A stretch of DNA of 64,000 nt from the human T2T-CHM13v2.0 reference genome, Homo sapiens: NCBI RefSeq assembly GCF_009914755.1, contig NC_060926.1, one strand, 5' to 3'. The stretch's first letter is position 1. Each line of letters opens with the position of its first letter. A model generated the notes under the pieces. That model was not told where the DNA came from, made no database searches, and saw nothing but the letters and a program-made list of their open reading frames with translations. The position numbers were made by a program, and so were the translations under genes. Shown piece by piece: positions 58,076 through 64,000 of this stretch.

Positions 58076-59016
58076 CTATCTACAGCCACATTCGGAGACG
58101 GCCATGCCTTCGTATTTAAACTTGTAGGTGACGACGCCTTTGTCTAAATAGAGGATGGAGATGGGCTCTAGCTTTGTGGGCACACAGCAGGCTTTGGAAG
58201 CTTTCTGGGAATTCTTGAGGTGGACCAAGGCCTGGATAATTGCATGCTTTGTGGGTGTGAGATGCTCTGCCAGGGGGTAGTTACAAACACCACGGCATTC
58301 ATAGGCTTCGTATCCAGGCGGAGCGATGATCCAGGAGTCCCACCCAATCTCCTTGAAGTCGATGTAGAGCGGGGTCCTCTTACAGTAGTTTCCTTTGGCG
58401 TTCCTTCTGATTCGGGCAGTGGAGTCATAGATGATGTTTGATCTCATCTGCAACAAAGCCTCTTCCCCAGGTCCACTGGAAAAGCTATCCAGGCCCAAGT
58501 TGTCCAGCTCTGGAAGTTGCTCATGGGAAATCATTTCATTCAGTTCCTCCTTCCTCTCCTTGTCACTGCTTTGGTCATCAGAAAACACGATGAGCAAAGG
58601 GTTATGCTTATTCTGGGCACTGGTATCTATTTCTAGCCGTCCACTGCTGGCATCCTCAGCTTCATCGTGTTTGCTCTCAATGTGGACCTCCAGCTGGTGG
58701 GTGGATGAGCCTGACTTTTGCCAACATCTGATGGCATCTGTGACATCAAAAGTCTCCCACTCACTGTTGGTTCCATATATCTCCCCAGACACCAAGACCA
58801 GCATGTTTCTTTCTCCCTCATTATCCCCTTTGCTCTCCAGCACTTCAAAAATGGTAATTTTCCGGTCTACTCCATCGTATATCATACGATCCCTTTGCAC
58901 CAGTGTGTATAGCCTAAGTTCAGCCATGATGACCTCTTCATGGTGAGGAATGGACACATTGAAGAGGAGGGGGTATTTTCGGAGCCCATTAAAACTGACC
59001 GGCTGGGAAAACAGAT
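58076..59016 (-). CDS. BMP10: BMP10 exon 2 (prodomain, furin site, mature TGF-beta domain)
   Basis: Acceptor ttttttcag|AT; 941 nt; with exon 1 gives 1275 nt = 424 aa + TAG. RIRR furin motif at 58414-58403; mature [40 protein letters not shown]...ACCVP...ECGCR (108 aa, cystine knot). Confidence 0.98.
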
Positions 59017-59527
59017 CTGAAAAAAGAAATTTGCAAAAATCAGGTTTGCAGTGGGTCTCAGGGAAAAACAGATGCTTATTTATGTAATAAGAAGGCCTTC
59101 CCATGCACAAAGCTTAATGCAGAAAGAATGAAGGGAGAAAATCAATGAGAACAAACACAATGTCAGCATTCTGTGACACAGGAAATCCCAAAAGGTCAGT
59201 GGTAGAATGCCCAAAAGAGTTCAGCTGCCAAGACTAAAATGGAAAATGGGGGTCTAATGGATGGCATAAAACTCAGCCAACCTTGCTTGAATAGCTCATC
59301 AGCCACAGAATTACAGAACTGGGAGGGACCTTGGAGATTGTGTGGGCAAGTCCCCAAATTTCCTAACAAACAAAACGCCACCAAATGGGACATGTGGTGA
59401 TTGTTCCTTTCTTGAAGCTTTTCGGGGATGAGGACTTCATGGTTTTTTAATATTTGTGTTTGTAGTGGGTGGAGATCCCCGCACAGTTGGCTGGACACTG
59501 GTCTTCCTAAAAGACCTCCATTTAGAT

Positions 59528-59754
59528 CAGAGGTTGGTAAACTATAGCCTATGGGCCAATATGGGCCTGCTACCTGCTTTTGGAAATAAAGTTTTATTGG
59601 AACACAGCCTCATCCATTGTTTTTGTATTGTCTGTGGCTACTTTTGCACTATAATGGCAGAGTTAAATAGATACAACAAAGAACATATAGCCTGCAAAGC
59701 TTAAAATAGTTATTATCTGTCTGGCCCTTTACAGTAGAAACTTGCTGACTTCTG
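59528..59754. mobile_element. MER58A (in BMP10 intron)
   Basis: cagaggttggtaaactatagcc...aaataaagttttattggaacacagcc...ctggccctttacag...ttgctgacttctg. Confidence 0.88.
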
Positions 59755-61214
59755 TTCTAGGCAACAAAGCCTGACAAGGCCAATAAGACAGCCATAAACC
59801 AAGAGGGTCTCAGCAATTGACTGCTGGTTATATGGTTCTCTATAAAGAGGAATGGGAGAAAATGAATCCTGGGACTAGATTGGTTGCCTTAGTCTTGTAC
59901 CCCTAGCACCTGGCATGGGGCGTGACATGTATAACTCACTCAATAATGTTTATGAATCAACTCTGTAAAAGTCCTTTAGTCTTAGAAGCATACTTCCAAA
60001 TACGATCATGTTGACTTCCTATCTGAATATTTCACAGTGAGCCCAAAGCTCCTGCACACTTGCCTCAGGTAATGAGTCTACAAGGAAGCCCTGAAGGCAT
60101 TTGCCATCAGATTATCAAAGGACTCCATGGCACCGAAGATGCTAAGGACCACCAACTGGGGGTTCTCTGTCATCATTGGCAGCATTTCCCCAAGTTTATA
60201 CTTAGTTCATGATCTCGGTGAGTCCCTGTTTCAGATTATAATCTTTTAATATTTTTCTTTAATTTGATCTAATTATTTTATACTTATTATCTATTTTAGA
60301 CTGTTCCTAAGCAACATAATTCATTAAAGGAGAGATTTGAGGTGATATTTATGTGTGTTTGCTAAAAATCCATACTAAGAAAAATATACAATAATTTCAC
60401 ATGATTAATAGCTTTCTTTGGGTACCACCTAAATTAATCTTACACACTGCTAGTGGGAAATGCTGACCTACAGAATAAATTTAAACTCCCTGGCATGGCT
60501 CTCAAGACCAGCTATATCTGGGTCTTAACCTCCTGATCAGCCATAGCTTACATACGTCCTCCACAGTGCATGGAACATTGTGATTACTCAATAATATTTG
60601 TGAACAATTGAATGGATTTGTAAACCCTTCTGTTTTAACTACATTGATATCTTTACCACCTGTCAAAACACTCTTTTTTTCCCTGCAATTTTCACCTTTT
60701 CACATGTTCTTCTGACCCTTGGAAAGCCCTTTCACCTCACCTCCACCTATCCAGCTCTGACATCTCCTATAAAAGCCTCCCTTACTTCTCATCTGAAAGT
60801 TCCCTCCTCTCCCCTCTGAAATCATTTGATCACTTTATATCTCCTTTGATCCTTGTCATTTACGTCCTTATATTTCAGCCATCTTTTTATGAATGGATTT
60901 TCCCAACTAGATTGCCATCCTCCTGGTTTGAATGGCTCAAAACTCCCTTCTATGTCTCTATCCTACTATGATGGCTTAAACAGAGGTAGTGCTTTAAAAA
61001 TATTGATTAGTTGATGATTCTAGGCACCAGACTAAATTGATTTATGGGCGTGACATATGACCTTAATCCATCATCAAGCTCTTGGGTTGGGCTTGGGAGT
61101 TATTCTTCCACTCTAAGAAGGGAAGAGACTTGACTCCCCATGGACAGGGAACATGGAAGAGTAGGCTGGTTGCTCTACCCAGGAGAAAAGTATAAAATAA
61201 GAGCTCACTGTAGT

Positions 61215-61425
61215 GGGAGGAAGGCATTACAAAGTATACAAGGAAGCTTTTGGTTTTAATGGATATATTCATGATCTTGATTGTGGTGATGGTTTCAATG
61301 AATGTTACATATGTCAACACCTTTCAAATTATACACTTTAAATATGTGCGATTATACTTTTATACATCAATATTTTTATATGTCATATTTTTATAAGTCA
61401 AATATACCTCAATAAAGCTGTTTTG
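61215..61425 (+). mobile_element. Old L1M 3' end fragment
   Basis: 'atcttgattgtggtgatggtttca...catatgtcaac...aattatacactttaaatatgtgc...atacctcaataaagctg'. Confidence 0.75.
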
Positions 61426-62696
61426 AAAAAGTAAGTTCACTGTGAAGTTCTGTGCATGTGCAAATGCAGTAAGCAATAGATGGAAGAGTTACATTTCAGG
61501 GCAAGAGAACGAATGTTTGTTGACAAATTTCTCATGCCAGGTGCTTTGCAAGCATGATCTTCTCTGGTTCTCACAATGACCCCATAATGCAGGTATTGAT
61601 TCTCTACTCGTTTTGCACCAGAATAAATCAAGCCTTGATGCAGATAACTGATTTCCCCAAATGACAAGGTGATAAAGGAGCACGCTTTTTTCACCTTGGA
61701 GGTGGCACTTTTTTTTCCCAAGATGGGGTAGGTTTGGAGTTTTTTTGGTCTTTCTCTCCTAGGGAGCTGCACTAAGCAGATCCAAAGAGTCAGAAGAGAG
61801 GCAATAGTAGCCAACAGGGCATGTCCTGTGCGATTTCTGTCCTCAGGCTGCACATTTCCTGCAGACTGGCAGAGGTGCTGGCGGCTGGGTTGTTTACTAA
61901 GAGATGTGTTCCTGCCCTCAATAATCTCCAGTAATAATAAGCACAGTAAACTCCACATCCTGACCTGGATCATCCAGATACTCTATGAGAGAAGTGAGAA
62001 CGGAAAACGTTTCTAGTTTTCCAGGGGATGCAAACAACATTTTCTCACCCACACCCTGAGCCAGACACTTAGGGCTCAGTGCTGAGAAGTATTAGGGAGG
62101 GTTCTTACAGGAGGAAGTTGTTCATTTTCAATTCAGACTCACCTCCAAAAGCAATCTGTAATCTCAACTTGCCATTTCCATGAGAAAGATATTATGAATT
62201 ATAAATTTTGGCAGCCAACTCAATTTTAAAGGGAGATAATATCTTAGGGACTAAGGAATACCTACTCAACATTTATTCCAGTACCTAGAATATTAAGTAA
62301 CTCATTAGTAGTCACTAAAGTTTGATCAGCACTTCATAGTAAATGGAGTGCTTTCTTATCTGTAACCTCCTTTGAGTCACTCAACTATGTTATGTAGGTA
62401 TTATTACTCCCACTTTATAGATGAGGAAATTGAGGCTCTGAGGCATCAGCTAATTATTCACAACCACTAAGCCAACTAGCTCTCAAAATCCCAAATCCTG
62501 AGCTATTTCTTCACTATTACCTTTCTTCTTTCAAGAACATCTGGCCAATATTAACGGGAAGCTTCTTTTATACCTGGTTAGTGACTATAAAAGCATAACT
62601 GGCAAAAATTAAATTAGTTCCTTTGGACCTTCAGCTTCTACTATAGATATCTAGATATCAGGGGTTTTTTTTCCTACTAGGACCATATTAACCAAA

Positions 62697-62720
62697 AAAC
62701 AAACAAACAAACAAACAAAC
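62697..62720. repeat. (AAAC)6 microsatellite
   Basis: Perfect tetranucleotide run in the BMP10 intron. Confidence 0.9.
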
Positions 62721-63469
62721 AAAAACATTAACTTGCTAGCTCATTAGATTTAGTTACCAAATTTAAAGACCTAAGAGAAGAAAACACACTTTTCCCACCA
62801 ATAATTCAAAGCTTGTACGTTGCTCTTTATAAAGACGGAAATGATGAGCTGGATGATTAATGGGCCATCTACACTTCCTGGAAACTGTAAACAGTGCTTT
62901 AAGGATGTACATGACACATCAAACAACACAGCCTTAGGAAGAATCTTTAAAATATATTTCCATCCTGTTTGAACATTTCTTAAATAAGGTCACAAAATAA
63001 AAACTTATCAAAAGTTTGAACAAAACACAAATCACAATTTGATGTTTTTTGACTGTTTTTACCCTTTTTATTCTAAGTAGAAGTTGAGAAATTTTTTAGT
63101 TAATTAAAAGCCCATATGGCAATCAAGGCCTATTTGGAAAATGACAAAGGTACGGCAGTAGACCAACATTAATTCTTTGTATTACTTGGTGTTCAAATTA
63201 ACATTTTTTAAAAGGACCCAATTATGATGTCAAATTGATAGATGTTTTGTGGCTTTGGATTAAAAGATGTTTGTAAGTATTTTTCGAGGTTCCTGAAATG
63301 ACTATATAATTGGTATAGAACAAAATGTGCCTTGTTTTTGTGTATCCATATGTATTTAACATCCTTATATAGATGTATTTACCCTTACCTATATCATTCC
63401 CATGCATTGTAAATTTACTTATTGTGTCTTGAAAAAAATCCTAGCAAAATTTCATCAGCAAAAACTTAC

Positions 63470-63803
63470 CTTCATTCTTGAAACTCCTAATGATGTTGGC
63501 AGAGGGCATGGAGGTCCGATCTGTTGCAAATTTGTTGTAGAGTTCCAACATGTACTCTGGTGGGTCCACCTTGGCTGAATCCTGCGTGGGGATGTCAGAG
63601 AGGTTTAGTGTCTTAAGAAACTCATCCTTCATGCTCTGGAGCAGTGTGTTAAAGTCGACACCGTCTTGCTCTGAGAAAACATCACCAAAGAGGGACATAT
63701 CTTCTTCCAGAGGAGACTGCTCTAGGTTCATGATGGGGCTGCCAGAAACCAAGTAAGCTGCCAGGCAGAAAAGAGCGCACAGTGTCAGGACCAGAGAGCC
63801 CAT
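63470..63803 (-). CDS. BMP10: BMP10 exon 1 (signal peptide and N-terminal prodomain)
   Basis: ATG at 63803 (GGAGTCATGG); [21 protein letters not shown]...[31 protein letters not shown]; donor G|gtaagt; 334 nt. Confidence 0.98.
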
Positions 63804-64000
63804 GACTCCGCTCGAGCTCCTAGGCCAAGCCAGGAAGGTTTAGCTTCCCTGGGCTCTAAGTGGCAGTTTTATCTTGTGGAACGTAAATGTCTCCTGTCAC
63901 TGGAGACAAGTTTGGAAACTCTTCCTCTCTCTCTCCCTCCCCCTACCACTCTTCCTCTCCCCCTAAAAGTCAGGTTGCAGTAATTGGATAACAAAATCCC
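63804..64000 (-). promoter_or_regulatory. BMP10: BMP10 5'UTR / proximal promoter
   Basis: Immediately upstream of the ATG; AGATAA (GATA) at 63869-63874, NKX-like AAGTG core at 63858-63862, polypurine tract 63920-63964. The TSS cannot be fixed from sequence. Confidence 0.6.

Noticed and set aside
58431-58946. 171-aa plus-strand ORF antisense to BMP10 exon 2
   Set aside because: Ser/Leu-rich shadow of the real coding strand; no splice or promoter support
59017-59110. N-terminal extension 'MCMGRPSYY...' of the 344-aa ORF
   Set aside because: Intronic sequence upstream of the true acceptor at 59016; the spliced frame from exon 1 explains the protein
63111-63373. CArG-like sequences in the BMP10 intron (ccatatgg, cctatttgg, ccttatatag)
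   Set aside because: None fits CC(A/T)6GG; such near-matches are expected in AT-rich DNA

Overview
Human-like (primate) genomic DNA that I recognise as the chr2p13 ARHGAP25-BMP10 locus. On the + strand are the last six coding exons of ARHGAP25 (C-terminal part of the RhoGAP domain, Ser-rich linker, coiled-coil; CDS 5735-18640, polyA signals 18779 and 19255). On the - strand is the complete two-exon BMP10 CDS (63803-63470 + 59016-58076, 424 aa, furin site RIRR, 7-Cys TGF-beta domain), probably with a ~4.7 kb 3'UTR ending near 53355. The genes are convergent, with ~34 kb of repeat-rich spacer between them (Alus, a full-length HSMAR2 mariner, Charlie/MER DNA transposons, MaLR LTRs, L1/L2/MIR fragments). 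I see no evidence for a new multi-gene system. Most notable observations: (1) BMP10 codon 209 is TGT (Cys) where I recall Arg in the reference protein; (2) a 33-nt tailless U2 snRNA retrocopy with a 21-bp target-site duplication in an ARHGAP25 intron; (3) a perfect CTCF consensus between the two genes; (4) an in-frame intron read-through that would give ARHGAP25 an alternative C-terminus; (5) inverted Alus flanking the large ARHGAP25 exon; (6) a 27-bp tandem repeat built from chained palindromes. Repeat family names come from recalled consensus sequences, and boundaries of old repeats are approximate.
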